A DNA stretch of 64,000 nt, taken from NCBI GenBank assembly GCA_047495785.1, contig JBLDXI010000099.1, positions 8,531 to 72,530 of the forward strand, in the 5' to 3' direction. Below the pieces are notes generated by a model, which saw only the letters and a list, made by a program, of their open reading frames with translations, had not been told where the DNA came from and did no database searches. The DNA is from Lepidodermella squamata. Its lineage: Eukaryota > Animalia > Gastrotricha. Shown piece after piece: positions 63,353 through 64,000 of the stretch (position 1 is its first letter; each line of letters begins with the position of its first letter). Made by a program: the position numbers and the translations under genes.

Positions 63353-64000
63353 GTCAGCTGATGGATGTCATTCTTTTTACTCAATCCTTTCACTTTTCAG
63401 CACGTCGACAATTAGAGTAGCACCGGCGCCACCGTCAGCGCAAGAAGAAGCAGGTGAACTAATCGACCAAGATCCGCCCCCAAAGCGGTAAATAGATTTA
63501 AGTTCACATTTGCTTGTAGCTTTTTACTATTATTTTCAGAATTCATCTCGCAAATAATTGTTCGCCGTCTTGATGTTTCTGCCGATCTTCCGATAAATGA
63601 AATGTTCCAATTCAATGTTTTTCCTAGTAGTAGCCAATAAACGTATTGCACTTTTTCTAATAGTGTTTATTGAATCAGAGTTATCAGATCGACTTGACTT
63701 AATATGAATCAAATCGCCACGAAACCGTAATTTGTCTGATCCTTGTGCTTCGTCCATTATATAATTTTTCTAAAAGATTACCTAAGCTGATTGCCATGCT
63801 CTTGGCTCTGTGGCAACCGAACCATATTCATCTCACAAGTTGGCACTACAGTTGCTTCCGGAACCCACCATAAAGATGACAGGTCTTAGTTTCAAGTTTT
63901 TCCATTGCATCACCATTGCTAAATCAAAATCCATCAAATAAAAATGCTTCCCTGCGTAAATCTATAATTTCAAATCTTAATCACGGAAAATAAGGTTTAT

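Larger units (their letters stand above)
49206..64000 (+). mobile_element. Putative autonomous Helitron-like (rolling-circle) element; right end beyond the window
   Basis: Starts with a diverged copy of the ~600 bp left end of the 4.8 kb units and carries the RepHel-GIY-YIG gene and a related satellite. Confidence 0.7.

Noticed and set aside
39631-64000. Penelope-like retroelement (tandem repeats plus GIY-YIG)
   Set aside because: No reverse transcriptase motifs in the window; the GIY-YIG follows HUH Rep and helicase domains.

Overview
Compact, intron-rich eukaryotic DNA, most likely from an invertebrate animal. Bases 1-30 kb hold ordinary genes: a cationic amino-acid transporter, two COMM-domain-only genes, an arrestin-domain gene, an SLC10-like transporter, SF3B6, a tetraspanin, WAPL and a mitochondrial carrier. 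The same region has an RPA-like OB-fold gene nested in an intron, a spliced PD-(D/E)XK nuclease gene and several MITEs. Nested LINE fragments lie at 30.9-34.4 kb. A 3.9 kb cluster of 23 tRNA genes for 17 amino acids (35.75-39.5 kb) ends abruptly in a tRNA-Gln cut at its anticodon loop (39632). Everything after that point looks like a large rolling-circle (Helitron-like) element array. It begins with two apparently identical 4,803 bp non-coding units whose right ends resemble the tRNA target. A third, diverged copy of the left end follows, then Pol III tRNA-like minigenes, a 180 bp satellite and a ~290 nt multi-hairpin structured element. Last is a >20-exon gene of ~2,600 aa encoding zinc fingers, an HUH Rep, a Pif1-type helicase and a C-terminal GIY-YIG nuclease. 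The best candidate for a new system is this apparently tRNA-targeting RepHel-GIY-YIG element. All calls were made by eye, and no database search was run.
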